Below are positions 22,841-32,540 of a DNA stretch of 64,000 nt, piece after piece. Source of the DNA: Alphaproteobacteria bacterium (GTDB taxonomy: Bacteria; Pseudomonadota; Alphaproteobacteria; MPNO01); contig CBDFLJ010000001.1 of NCBI GenBank assembly GCA_965248835.1, positions 2,048,001 through 2,112,000 of the forward strand, given 5' to 3'. Positions within the stretch are counted from its first letter, which is position 1, and every line of letters begins with the position of its first letter. The notes below the pieces were generated by a model. That model was given only the letters and a program-made list of their open reading frames with translations, did no database searches and had not been told where the DNA came from. The translations under genes were made by a program, and so were the position numbers.

Positions 22841-24913
22841 TCAGCGCTGCGGTGCGTCGTCGGCCGCCTCGGGCTCGGGCTCGGACGCGGCTTCCGGCTC
22901 GGGCTGTGCTTCGGGCTCGGCCTCGGAGGCCGCTTCGGCTTCGGCCTCGGCCTCGGAGGCGGCTTCGGCCTCGGGCTCGGAGGTGGCTTCGGCTTCGGGC
23001 TCGGGCTCGAGCTCGGCTTCGGGCTCAGGCTCGGAGGCGGCTTCGGCCTCGGAGGCGGCTTCGGCCTCGGAGGCGGTTTCGGGCTCAGGCTGGGCTTCGG
23101 GCTCGGAGGCGGCTTCGGCCTCGGGCTCGGCTTCGGGCTCGGAGACGGCTTCCGCATCCGAGCCGGCGGCCTGCACCGCACCGCGTTCGGCAGCCGCCCT
23201 CTCCTGGTTGGCCCGGTTGATGGCCGCGCCGAGGATGTCGCCCAGGCTGGCGCCGGAATCCGAGGAGCCATACTCGGCCATCGCCTTCTTTTCCTCGGCC
23301 ATTTCCTGGGCCTTGATCGACAGGGTCAGCCTGCGGTCGCGCCGGTCGATGTTGGTGACCCGGGCATCAATCCGGTCGCCGGGTGCGAACCGGTCGGGGC
23401 GCTGGTCGGCCCGGTCGCGCGACAGTTCCGCCCGGCGGATGAAGCCCGGCAGCCCGCCTGCGGCGGTCACCTCGAGCCCGCCGTCGGTGACCTGGGTCAC
23501 CGTGCAGGTGATGACGTCGCCGCGTTTGACCTCGCTCCTGGCCGAGTCGAAGGGGTCGTCTTCGAGCTGCTTGATGCCGAGCGAGATCCGCTCCTTCTCC
23601 GCATCGACATCGAGCACCTTGGCCTTGACGATCTCGCCCTTCTTGAAGTCCGCGACCGCCTCTTCGCCCGGGCGCCGCCAGTCGATGTCCGACAGGTGCA
23701 CCATGCCGTCGATTTCGCCTTCGAGCCCGACGAACAGGCCGAACTCGGTGATGTTCTTGATCTCGCCCTCGATGGTCGAGCCGACCGGGAAGCGCTCGAG
23801 GAACTGATCCCACGGGTTGTCGCGGCACTGCTTGAGGCCGAGGCTGATTCGGCGCTTGTTGGGATCGACCTCCAGCACCATGACCTCGACCTCCTGGCTG
23901 GTCGAGACGATCTTGCCGGGGTGAACGTTCTTCTTGGTCCAGCTCATCTCCGAGATGTGGACCAGGCCCTCCACCCCGGGCTCGAGCTCGACGAAGGCGC
24001 CGTAGTCGGTGATATTGCTGACCCGGCCGGTATACTTCGCTCTGACCGGATATTTGTGCTCGACCCCGTCCCACGGATCGGCTTCGAGCTGTTTCATGCC
24101 GAGCGAGATGCGCTGGGTCTCCGCGTTGTAGCGGATCACCTGGACCCTGACGGTCTGGCCGATGCCGAGCGCTTCGGTTGGATGGTTGATGCGCCGCCAG
24201 GCGATGTCGGTGACGTGCAGCAGGCCGTCGACGCCGCCGAGGTCGACGAAGGCGCCGTAGTCGGTGATGTTCTTGACGATCCCCTCGAGGATCTGGCGCT
24301 CCTTGAGGTTGGCGAGCAGCTCGTTGCGGGCCTCTGCGCGCGACTCTTCGAGGACCGCGCGGCGCGAGACCACGATGTTGCCGCGGCGGCGGTCCATCTT
24401 CAGGATCTGGAAGGGCTGCGGCGAGCCCATCAGCGGCGAGACGTCGCGCATCGGACGGACGTCGACCTGGCTGCCCGGCAGGAACGCGACCGCGCCGGAC
24501 AGATCGACCGTGAAGCCGCCCTTGACCCGGCCGAAGATGGTCCCCGAGACCCGCTCGGTGGCCTTGAATGCCTGTTCGAGCAAGGTCCAGGCCTCCTCGC
24601 GCCGCGCCCGCTCGCGCGAAAGCACCGCCTCGCCGTTGCGGTCCTCCATGCGCTCGAGATAGACGTCCACGCAATCGCCGACCTTGATCTCGGCGTCCAT
24701 CCCGGGGGTGCTGAATTCCTTCAGCGCCACGCGGCCCTCGGACTTCAGCCCGACATCGATCAGCGCGGAATCGTTCTCGATACTGATCACGGTTCCCTTC
24801 ACCACCGATCCCTCGGTCAGCTCGCCCTCGGCGAAGCTTTCCTCCAGCAGGTGCGCGAAATTCTCTATGGCCGCGTCTGCCACCGGGCCTTCAGTGGCTA
24901 ATTCGTTCGACAT
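22841..24913 (-). CDS. rpsA: 30S ribosomal protein S1 with long acidic C-terminal extension
   Basis: Repeated S1 domains (IDVGLKSEG, ITDYGAFVDL, GVEGLVHISE, RISLGLKQ), SGASLGDIL, then Glu/Ala/Pro/Ser tail. Confidence 0.98.
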   Translation of the reverse strand: MSNELATEGPVADAAIENFAHLLEESFAEGELTEGSVVKGTVISIENDSALIDVGLKSEGRVALKEFSTPGMDAEIKVGDCVDVYLERMEDRNGEAVLSRERARREEAWTLLEQAFKATERVSGTIFGRVKGGFTVDLSGAVAFLPGSQVDVRPMRDVSPLMGSPQPFQILKMDRRRGNIVVSRRAVLEESRAEARNELLANLKERQILEGIVKNITDYGAFVDLGGVDGLLHVTDIAWRRINHPTEALGIGQTVRVQVIRYNAETQRISLGMKQLEADPWDGVEHKYPVRAKYTGRVSNITDYGAFVELEPGVEGLVHISEMSWTKKNVHPGKIVSTSQEVEVMVLEVDPNKRRISLGLKQCRDNPWDQFLERFPVGSTIEGEIKNITEFGLFVGLEGEIDGMVHLSDIDWRRPGEEAVADFKKGEIVKAKVLDVDAEKERISLGIKQLEDDPFDSARSEVKRGDVITCTVTQVTDGGLEVTAAGGLPGFIRRAELSRDRADQRPDRFAPGDRIDARVTNIDRRDRRLTLSIKAQEMAEEKKAMAEYGSSDSGASLGDILGAAINRANQERAAAERGAVQAAGSDAEAVSEPEAEPEAEAASEPEAQPEPETASEAEAASEAEAASEPEPEAELEPEPEAEATSEPEAEAASEAEAEAEAASEAEPEAQPEPEAASEPEPEAADDAPQR
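22866..23160. repeat. Hexamer-based imperfect tandem array encoding the RpsA tail (SEPEAE/EAEAAS)
   Basis: Runs of GGCTTC/GGCCTC/GGGCTC with recurring GGAGGC on the + strand. Confidence 0.92.
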
Positions 24914-25014
24914 CGGTATTCCTTGTTCCGACCAACCCTCGTTTGCACAGCGTGCCGACCCCGAAAGAGGCCGGCCGTGGGACGGTCATCGCTATGCGTG
25001 TCGTCCGGGTGGCA

Positions 25015-25674
25015 CTACTTTTCGGGCGTTGCCCGCGAGACGATGAACGCCAGCACCGCTTCGAATGCTTCGTCCGCATTCATCGCCGAGGTATCGATCA
25101 CGAACGCATCCCCGGCCGGCACCAACGGCGCGGTGCTTCGGGTACGATCCCGGGCATCGCGCGCTTCCATGTCACGCAGAACGCGCGAATATATACTCTC
25201 TAGCCCCCGATCCTGCAACTCGCGTCGGCGCCGTTCGGCGCGTACCGCCAGGTCGGCGTCCACGAAGATCTTGTGAGCGGCGTCGGGACAGATCACCGTG
25301 CCGATGTCGCGACCGTCGAGCACGGCGCCGGGCCGGCCATCGGGCGGCGAAGCGGAGAATCCCCGCTGGAAGTCGACCAGCGCTTTCCGGGCGCCGGGAT
25401 GGATGGCGACCACGCTTGCGGCCGCGGTGATCTCTTCGGCGCGCAACCCGTCTGCCTGCAGTTCGTCCGCGCCGATGGCCAGGGCGGCATCTTCGGCCGA
25501 TGCCGCATCGCCGGGGTCCAGCCCGGCATCGATAAGCCGCTTGGCGAGGGCGCGATAGAGCAGCCCGGTGTCGAAATAGGCGTAGCCGAAATGCCGGGCA
25601 AGGCGCCTGGCGATCGTGCCCTTACCGCTGGCCGCCGGGCCGTCGACGGCGATCACCGTGACGGGCTCAGTCAT
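25015..25674 (-). CDS. cmk: Cytidylate kinase
   Basis: IAVDGPAASGKGT, DTGLLYRA, LDGRDIGTVI. Confidence 0.98.
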   Translation of the reverse strand: MTEPVTVIAVDGPAASGKGTIARRLARHFGYAYFDTGLLYRALAKRLIDAGLDPGDAASAEDAALAIGADELQADGLRAEEITAAASVVAIHPGARKALVDFQRGFSASPPDGRPGAVLDGRDIGTVICPDAAHKIFVDADLAVRAERRRRELQDRGLESIYSRVLRDMEARDARDRTRSTAPLVPAGDAFVIDTSAMNADEAFEAVLAFIVSRATPEK

Positions 25675-27013
25675 CCTCGTCCAGCGGGGAGATCCGGGCG
25701 CCCAACCGGTTCATCGCGGCGGCAAAGCCAGGGAAGCTGGTCTCGATGGTCTCCGCCCCGGCCACCGTCATCGGCTTGTCGGCGGCAAGCCCGAGCACCA
25801 GGAAGGCCATCGCGATGCGGTGATCGAGCGCGCAGTCGACATGGCCGCCGCCCGGCGCCGGACCGCCGCGGCCGGTGACGATCAGCGTATCGCCCTCGAT
25901 CGCGGCAGCGATCCCGGCGGCGCCGAGCCCCGCTGCGATCGCGGCCAGCCGGTCGCTCTCCTTGACCCGCAGCTCGGCGAGCCCGTGCATGCGCGTCGTC
26001 CCCGACGCCATGGAAGCAGCGACCGCGAGGATCGGGTACTCGTCGATCATCCGCGGCGCGCGCTCGGCCGGCACTTCGATCCCGGCAAGCGCGCCCGGAT
26101 CGCCGCCGTGGAAGGTGAGGTCCGCCACCGGCTCGCCCGCGGCAGTGCGCCGGTTGTCGATGTCGAGCCTTGCCCCCATCTCGGTGAGGCAGTCGAGCAG
26201 CCCGGTCCTGGTCGGGTTGAGCCCGACGCCGGGGATCCGGACCCGTGCGCCGGGGTGCAGCAGCGCCGCGACTCCGGGAAAGGCGGCCGAGGACGGATCG
26301 CCCGGCACCTCGACCGGACGGCCCTCGATCTCCGGGTGGCCGGCGAGCCTGATCGTTCGAGCGCCGGCGCCGTCTTCCGTGATGTCCAGGGCGACGCCGA
26401 AATGGCGGAACATCAGTTCGGTATGATCGCGGCTCGGGCGCGGCTCGATCACGGTCGTCTGACCCGGCGCGTTGAGACCGGCCAGAAGGACGGCCGACTT
26501 CACCTGGGCCGAGGGCACCGGCAGTTCATAGCTGATCGGCATCGCCTCGTCCGGGCCGATCACCGCCAGCGGCATCAGCCCGCCCTCACGGGCGATGACC
26601 TCGGCCCCCATCATGCGGACCGGATCGGCGATACGGTTCATCGGCCGGCGGCGCAGCGAAGCATCGCCGGTCAGGAAACAGGTGATCGGGTGGCTCGCGA
26701 CCACGCCCATGATCAGCCGCGCCGCCGTGCCGGAATTGCCCAGATCGAGCACCGTGTCCGGCTCGGCAAGCCCGCCGATCCCGACGCCGGTGACCGTCCA
26801 GAGCCCGTCCCCGCTCCGTTCGACCCCGGCGCCCAGCGCGCGCAAGGCCGCCGCGGTCGCCAGCAGGTCCTCGCCCTCGAGCAGGCCGGTCACCGTGGTC
26901 CGGCCAACCGCCAGCGCGCCCATGATCAGCGCCCTGTGGGAGATCGACTTGTCGCCGGGAACCCGCACCGTTCCGGTGAGCGTTTCCGCGGTCCCGGAAT
27001 CGAGTATCGCCAT
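25667..27013 (-). CDS. aroA: EPSP synthase
   Basis: VPGDKSISHRA, LGNSGT, SAQVKSA, LRVKESDR, DHRIAMAF. Confidence 0.98.
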   Translation of the reverse strand: MAILDSGTAETLTGTVRVPGDKSISHRALIMGALAVGRTTVTGLLEGEDLLATAAALRALGAGVERSGDGLWTVTGVGIGGLAEPDTVLDLGNSGTAARLIMGVVASHPITCFLTGDASLRRRPMNRIADPVRMMGAEVIAREGGLMPLAVIGPDEAMPISYELPVPSAQVKSAVLLAGLNAPGQTTVIEPRPSRDHTELMFRHFGVALDITEDGAGARTIRLAGHPEIEGRPVEVPGDPSSAAFPGVAALLHPGARVRIPGVGLNPTRTGLLDCLTEMGARLDIDNRRTAAGEPVADLTFHGGDPGALAGIEVPAERAPRMIDEYPILAVAASMASGTTRMHGLAELRVKESDRLAAIAAGLGAAGIAAAIEGDTLIVTGRGGPAPGGGHVDCALDHRIAMAFLVLGLAADKPMTVAGAETIETSFPGFAAAMNRLGARISPLDEDD

Positions 27014-27180
27014 GTGTCCGCGTCCGGGTCCGCCGTGGCCTTGCCTTACCGGCGTGGTTTAACACAACGCGGCCGGACGGCAACAGCACGGGCGGCGATT
27101 CAAAGCCCGTCCAATTTGGCTTTGACACCACGGCGGCTTCGTGGCAATGGCTCGCTCGATCAAAGAGGACGGAGAAAACC

Positions 27181-27558
27181 TTGGCGAAACCCGAATGGGG
27201 ACTGAAGCGCGCCTGCCACGGCTGCGGCACGCGGTTCTATGACCTCAGACGCAACCCGATCGTCTGCCCGAGCTGCGGCGCGACCTTCGATCCGCTGGCG
27301 ATGCTGCGGCCGCGCCGCAGCCGCGCGGCCGCAGCCGTCCAGGAGGCCAAGCCTCCGGTCGTGGTGGCCGAGAGCGTCGCGGACGTGGTCGAAGCCGATG
27401 TCGACGAGGAAGTCGACGACGAGGTGAGCCTGGAAGCGGTCGCGGCCGATGACGACGAGGACGAGGACGTGATCGAAGACGTCTCCGAACTCGGAGAGGA
27501 TGGCGACGACGTGTCCGAGGTCATCGAAGGCGGCAGCGTCAGCGCCAAGGATCCTTAG
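27181..27558 (+). CDS. TIGR02300 family (FYDLN-acid) protein
   Basis: AKPEWGLKRACHGCGTRFYDL...CPSCG plus acidic tail; divergent from aroA. Confidence 0.93.
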   Translation: MAKPEWGLKRACHGCGTRFYDLRRNPIVCPSCGATFDPLAMLRPRRSRAAAAVQEAKPPVVVAESVADVVEADVDEEVDDEVSLEAVAADDDEDEDVIEDVSELGEDGDDVSEVIEGGSVSAKDP

Positions 27559-27609
27559 GAACGGAGGACTCGCCGGCAGCCGGCGTAGACAGGACGAAAA
27601 ACCGGATTC

Positions 27610-27685
<76 letters not shown>

Positions 27686-27754
27686 AATTTTTCAACGGGT
27701 TACGCCGGGAGTGAGGCGTCCGGCGGCCCGTCTTAGACAGTCCGGTCAGGCGCC

Positions 27755-28435
27755 TTAGACACTACCTGCTCTCGTTTCGAGCTTCACGATCGCCGCCCGG
27801 GCGAGCCTTTCCTGGTCGGCCTTGCGGGTGTAGCGGACCACCATCGCGACCGTCCGGTGGCCGAGAATTGCCATGATCTTGCGGTCGGTGCATCCCCGGC
27901 CTCGGCCAGCCTCGCGGCCGCCGTGTGACGCAGGCCGTGGAACTGTAGCGCCCCCAATCCTAGCCGCTTCTTTTCCCGGTAGAAGATCGAATGGAACCCC
28001 GAGGCCGTGTACGGCCGGCCGTCCTGGCGGTGGACGATAAACATGTGCTCGCGGGGGATCTGATCGAGTACGTCGGCAAGGTGCTGGTGGATCGGGATCG
28101 CCAGCCGGTCGCCGGTCTTGGCCTGGACGACCCAGATCAGTCCCTCGTTGATATGACGCCATTGCATCGCGAGCACATCGCCGCGGCGCTGGCCGGTGTG
28201 CAGGGCGAGATCAAGCGCCCACACCATGCGAGGATTGGCACCCTTGCGGAACCGCTCGATCGCGACATCCGGCCAGGGTTCGTAGCTCTTGGTTGCTCGA
28301 AGTTTCTTGACCCGCACCGCCGGATTGTCCGCACGCAGTCCGCGATCGACCGCGAAGCCGAGCAGGATCGACATGATAGAGAGCGTCATATCGGCGGTGC
28401 GCGGAGTGTCCGCCAAGTTGTCCCGCATTTCGTAC
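27755..28435 (-). pseudogene. Tyrosine integrase, N-terminally truncated and frameshifted
   Basis: HTGQRRGD and FHGLRHT in one frame; ILGHRT...VRY in another, after an extra base in the G run near 27895; 70 bp from the tRNA 3' end. Confidence 0.88.
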
Positions 28436-28540
28436 GGTAACCGTCTTGCCCTCGTAAAACTCCGACACCGGATCCGCGAGCGCCGGAACCGTCCACAACA
28501 ACGACGCCGACACCAGTCCCAGAACGATATGTCGATTCAC
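28435..28540 (-). pseudogene. 5' fragment of a Bug/TctC-like substrate-binding protein
   Basis: SD GGAGG, signal peptide, ADPVSEFYEGKTVT, then runs into integrase sequence. Confidence 0.6.
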
Positions 28541-28799
28541 CGCTCCATCCTCCCGTTTTATGTTCAGACCGCCGGTTTTCCCCTCGTCACGCATCTTGCG
28601 CGCTCGCATGCGCATGGACAGCAAGCATGTGCGTTGCAGGGTTTTCCGTATCGGCGGCTTTCCCGGTCGCGGGGGCGTTGGTCCGCTGCGGTGACGCGGA
28701 CGAGCAACTTTCGCCGGTTTTCGGAACCATAGCTGACGGCCGGACCGGGACCGCCGCGGACGGGGCGGCACGTTGGTCTTGCCCAAGATCGCCGCCGGT

Positions 28800-28985
28800 G
28801 CAGTGCACCGGACACAGCAACAGGTCGTATTCGGCAAAGAAATCACGCCATTTCCGCCGCATCCGCTGGCGTTGCTCGTTGAAACCCAGCCAGTCGCGGT
28901 GAGACAGCGTCACGCCGCGCAGCATGCGCGCCCATTTGTCGTCATCGTCGTCGTCGCGCGCCGCACGCCCAGCCTTCCTTGCACT
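28800..28985 (-). pseudogene. Internal fragment of an amidase-signature enzyme
   Basis: LSHRDWL...RRKWRDFFAEYDLLLCPV. Confidence 0.6.
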
Positions 28986-29117
28986 CGAAGACATCCGCTG
29001 ATAATTATACGAAACTGCCTTGTAGGGAAGGATGTGCCGACGCGCGCCAGGATCGGCTACGATCTCTATACGTAAGCCCGTTGCGGTCTAGCACAACAGC
29101 GCGAGGAGGCATTTGGA

Positions 29118-30254
29118 ATGCAAAGAGTCAGAGTGGCCATCGCCGGTATTGGCAACTGCGCGAGTTCTCTTATCCAGGGTCTGGAATACTACAAGAGACA
29201 GAGCGCGGAAGCGTTTGTCGGTCTCATGCATGCCCGGATCGGCGATTGGGGTCCGAGCGACATCGAGATTGTGGCCGCTTTTGATATTGATCGGCGCAAG
29301 GTGGGCAAGCGGGTGGAGGACGCGATTTTCGCCAAACCGAACTGCGCCAAGATTTTTCAGCGCATTCTACCAGTTTCCAACATCGTGGTGCGGATGGGGC
29401 CGGTTCTCGACGGTGTAGCGTCTCACATGGCCGATTATCCCGATGACGAGGCATTCCGCCCCTCTGACGAGGACCCGGTCGATGTCGTCCAAACCCTCAA
29501 GGATGCCAAGACTGAAGTTCTGGTCTGCTATATGCCGGTAGGCTCTGAAGCTGCGGTTCGGGGTTATGCCCGGGCATGCTTGGAGGCCGGGGTCGCCATG
29601 ATCAACTGCGTTCCGGTATTCATCGCTTCCGATCCCGAGTGGGCTGAGAAATTCCGTCGTGCGGCCCTGCCTATCGTCGGCGACGACATCAAAAGCCAGG
29701 TCGGCGCCACTATCGTGCACAGATCCCTGACCCGACTATTCGGGGATAGGGGGGTGTCGCTTGATCGCACCTATCAGTTGAACACGGGTGGCAACACGGA
29801 TTTCCTCAATATGAAGGCGTTAGACCGCCTGGAGTCCAAAAAGGTTTCCAAGACGGAGTCCGTGCAGTCGCAATTGGACGATCGGCTGGTTTCTCGGGAC
29901 ATTCATATTGGACCGTCCGACTACGTGCCGTGGCAGGGCGACAACAAGGTTGCCTTCATCCGGATGGAGGGCCGCGGTTTCGGGGACGTGCCGTTGGAAC
30001 TCGAACTCAGGTTGTCGGTCCAGGATTCCCCCAACAGCGCCGGCGTGGTCATCGATGCCATCCGTTGCGCCAAACTGGGGTTGGAGCGCGGCATCGGCGG
30101 ACCATTAGAGGCGCCTTCCGCCTACTACATGAAAAGCCCTCCGAAACAGATGCGTGATTCGGTGGCCTATGATTTAGCTGAGGCATTTATTCAAGGCTGT
30201 GATGCCGACGGTACTTCCGATACGGAGGCTGTTCGAACAACCGCCGGTGAATAG
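29118..30254 (+). CDS. ino1: Inositol-3-phosphate (L-myo-inositol-1-phosphate) synthase
   Basis: RVAIAGIGNCASSL, GDDIKSQVGAT, YQLNTGGNTDFLNM, KKVSKT, DSPNSAG; SD GAGGAGG. Confidence 0.97.
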   Translation: MQRVRVAIAGIGNCASSLIQGLEYYKRQSAEAFVGLMHARIGDWGPSDIEIVAAFDIDRRKVGKRVEDAIFAKPNCAKIFQRILPVSNIVVRMGPVLDGVASHMADYPDDEAFRPSDEDPVDVVQTLKDAKTEVLVCYMPVGSEAAVRGYARACLEAGVAMINCVPVFIASDPEWAEKFRRAALPIVGDDIKSQVGATIVHRSLTRLFGDRGVSLDRTYQLNTGGNTDFLNMKALDRLESKKVSKTESVQSQLDDRLVSRDIHIGPSDYVPWQGDNKVAFIRMEGRGFGDVPLELELRLSVQDSPNSAGVVIDAIRCAKLGLERGIGGPLEAPSAYYMKSPPKQMRDSVAYDLAEAFIQGCDADGTSDTEAVRTTAGE

Positions 30255-31122
30255 CTCCGACAATCAGACTGCCGATAATGATCCTGGCAGTGTGAACGCG
30301 TCCCGGACCGCAGCCTTGCCCTGGGTGGAGCGGTTACTCATGCTCCACCACCAAGTGCGGAACGCGGTAGCGACTGCCGACCGCGCTGGAACCGGATCCA
30401 GAAACGCGAAGGGCGACGAAATCAAACGCTTCGACCTGATTGCCAATGACGCGGCTTTGACTGTCCTCCGGGAACTTCAGTTGCCGATCGTCGTCGATTC
30501 CGAGGAGAGCGAACCTCTGCAAATCGGTTTCGGCACGCCGCGACACCGTCTCATCCTCGATCCAGTGGATGGTTCCGACAACTGGGCGCGGGGGTTGCCG
30601 CTGTCAGCCTTGTCCTGCGCCGTGCTGCCGGCTGACGCTCCCCTCCATCCCGATTGGGTCGAAGCGGCTCTGGTTGGGCCGCTCGAGCCGGGCACGACCC
30701 TGATCGCGCTCAAGGGCTCTGGTGCTTGGCGCGGGAAGGAATCCCTCCATATATCCGACGTCCGCAACGTCGCCGAGGCCACGATCTCGGTCGAACTCAA
30801 TCATCATTCTCCGTCGCCGGGCATTGCCCGTCTGACGGCCGCTGCCAGAAGCGTGCGGTGTTACGGTTGCGCGTCACGCGCCATCTCCCTGGTCGCCGAG
30901 GGCGTGACCGACGCCCATGTGGACGCGCGTGGCCGTTTGACCGCAGAAAGCTACCTCGCCGCCGCACGGTTGGTAATCGAGGCGGGGGGCTGGGTTGTCG
31001 GCCTTGATGGCGCGCCCCTGGCGGCGCCGGAAAGTTTGACCGACCGCGTCAGCCTGATCGCGGCGGCGAGCCGGGACCTGTGCGATGAGATCGTGGATGT
31101 TTTGGGCGATGAACAACCCTGA
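30247..31122 (+). CDS. Inositol monophosphatase/FBPase family phosphatase
   Basis: NAKGD...FD, SEE, LDPVDGS, VIEAGG; overlaps ino1 stop; start uncertain. Confidence 0.88.
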   Translation: MNSSDNQTADNDPGSVNASRTAALPWVERLLMLHHQVRNAVATADRAGTGSRNAKGDEIKRFDLIANDAALTVLRELQLPIVVDSEESEPLQIGFGTPRHRLILDPVDGSDNWARGLPLSALSCAVLPADAPLHPDWVEAALVGPLEPGTTLIALKGSGAWRGKESLHISDVRNVAEATISVELNHHSPSPGIARLTAAARSVRCYGCASRAISLVAEGVTDAHVDARGRLTAESYLAAARLVIEAGGWVVGLDGAPLAAPESLTDRVSLIAAASRDLCDEIVDVLGDEQP

Positions 31123-32479
31123 CTTGACCACGGCGGCACCGGAGATGGTGCTGATCCTTGCCGCCGGATTGGGGTCGCGGCTTCGACCGCATACCAATAG
31201 ACCAAAACCGCTGACCAGAGTGCTCGGATTGACCCTCGCGGAACGGACCGTGTGGACATTGCTGGACGCCGGCATCAGACGTTTCCTTGTCACCCTCGGT
31301 CATGAATCCGAAGCGGTCAGGACCCATTTTTCCGATATCGCCCAGCGTCGCGGCGTCACGATTGACTTTATCGAAGCCGAAGGCTGGGGGCGCGGCAATG
31401 GTGCCAGCGCCCTGGCAGCCAAGGGTCGCACCGGCGAGGCGCCCTTCTTCCTAGTTATGGTCGATCATCTTTTCGATCCCCGTATCGCGCGGGCACTGGC
31501 CGGTGACCCTCCCGCACCAGGAGAAATGTGCCTCGCCGTGGACCGCGACAAGGATGGCATCTTCGATCTCGGCGATGTCACTCGGGTCAAGATCGACGAC
31601 GGACGCATTCAAGAGATCGAGAAGACGCTCGATGATTGGGATGCCGGCGACACCGGAGTTATGCTTTGTACGTCCGGCCTGTTCGAAGGTCTTGAGCGCG
31701 CGGCAGCGCGGAATAAGCATGGACTCTCCGACGGGCTCAGGGAAATGGCGCGTGAAGGCCGGGCGAGCACCGTCGATGTGACGGGAATGCCGTGGCTCGA
31801 CGTTGATACACCCAAAGCCTTGCGTGAGGCGGAGAGAAGGCTCATGCGCGACCAAGCCTGGAAAATCCAGGACGGACCGGTGGCGCGCCATTTCAACCGA
31901 CGGGTTTCCCGCTGGCTCAGCCGCTATCTGGTTGGCACAGCCGTGACGCCCAACCAAATTTCCCTAGCCTCCTGGCTCCTGTCGTGTATCGCGGCGGGAT
32001 TGATGGCATTGGGCGGTTATCCGGCGCTGGCCGCTGGTGGCGTGCTGGCACAACTGGCCTCGGTCGTCGACGGGTGCGATGGCGAGATCGCTCGACTGAA
32101 GCATTCGCAGAGCGAGTTTGGCGGCTGGTTCGACGCGGTCCTCGACCGGTATGCTGACGCCATCCTGTTATTCGGCCTGATGTGGCACGAATTCGCATCG
32201 ACCGGCACTCACTTGTCTCTCGTGCTGGGATTCGCGGCGATCGTGGGGTCGTTTTTGAACAGCTATACGGCCGATAAGTATGACGGGTTGATGGCGCAGA
32301 AACTGCAAGGCATCTCATGCTTTCGGCTGGGCCGGGACGTGCGGGTGTTCGTCATTTTTGTCGGCGCCATCTTCAACCTTCCTCTCGTCACCCTAGGTGT
32401 TGTCGCAGTAGTGATGAACATGGAGGTGATTCGGCGAATCGTCGTTTGTGCCACCGCGGACACCAACGTAGATAAATGA
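31109..32479 (+). CDS. Bifunctional inositol-1-phosphate cytidylyltransferase / CDP-alcohol phosphotransferase (IPCT/DIPPS-like)
   Basis: N-term ILAAGLGSRL..PKPL, MVDH, WLDVDT; C-term DGPVARHFNR, TPNQIS, DGCDGEIAR...GGWFDAVLD (CDP-OH motif), RDVR. Confidence 0.92.
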   Translation: MNNPDLTTAAPEMVLILAAGLGSRLRPHTNRPKPLTRVLGLTLAERTVWTLLDAGIRRFLVTLGHESEAVRTHFSDIAQRRGVTIDFIEAEGWGRGNGASALAAKGRTGEAPFFLVMVDHLFDPRIARALAGDPPAPGEMCLAVDRDKDGIFDLGDVTRVKIDDGRIQEIEKTLDDWDAGDTGVMLCTSGLFEGLERAAARNKHGLSDGLREMAREGRASTVDVTGMPWLDVDTPKALREAERRLMRDQAWKIQDGPVARHFNRRVSRWLSRYLVGTAVTPNQISLASWLLSCIAAGLMALGGYPALAAGGVLAQLASVVDGCDGEIARLKHSQSEFGGWFDAVLDRYADAILLFGLMWHEFASTGTHLSLVLGFAAIVGSFLNSYTADKYDGLMAQKLQGISCFRLGRDVRVFVIFVGAIFNLPLVTLGVVAVVMNMEVIRRIVVCATADTNVDK

Positions 32480-32540
32480 CATTGTCAGACTAACAGGACA
32501 GGGCTTGTAGAACCTACAATCGAGCGCCTTCAGGCTGCTA

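Noticed and set aside
22676-24901. 741-aa + strand ORF with a Gly-Leu-Gly-Gly-Gly-Phe repeat resembling a structural protein
   Set aside because: Antisense shadow of rpsA; the repeat is the reverse complement of the Glu/Ala/Pro tail
27122-27150. Sigma70 promoter for TIGR02300/tRNA (TTGACA), likewise TTGACA at 63418
   Set aside because: Good -35 but no convincing -10 at proper spacing; unsupported without TSS data
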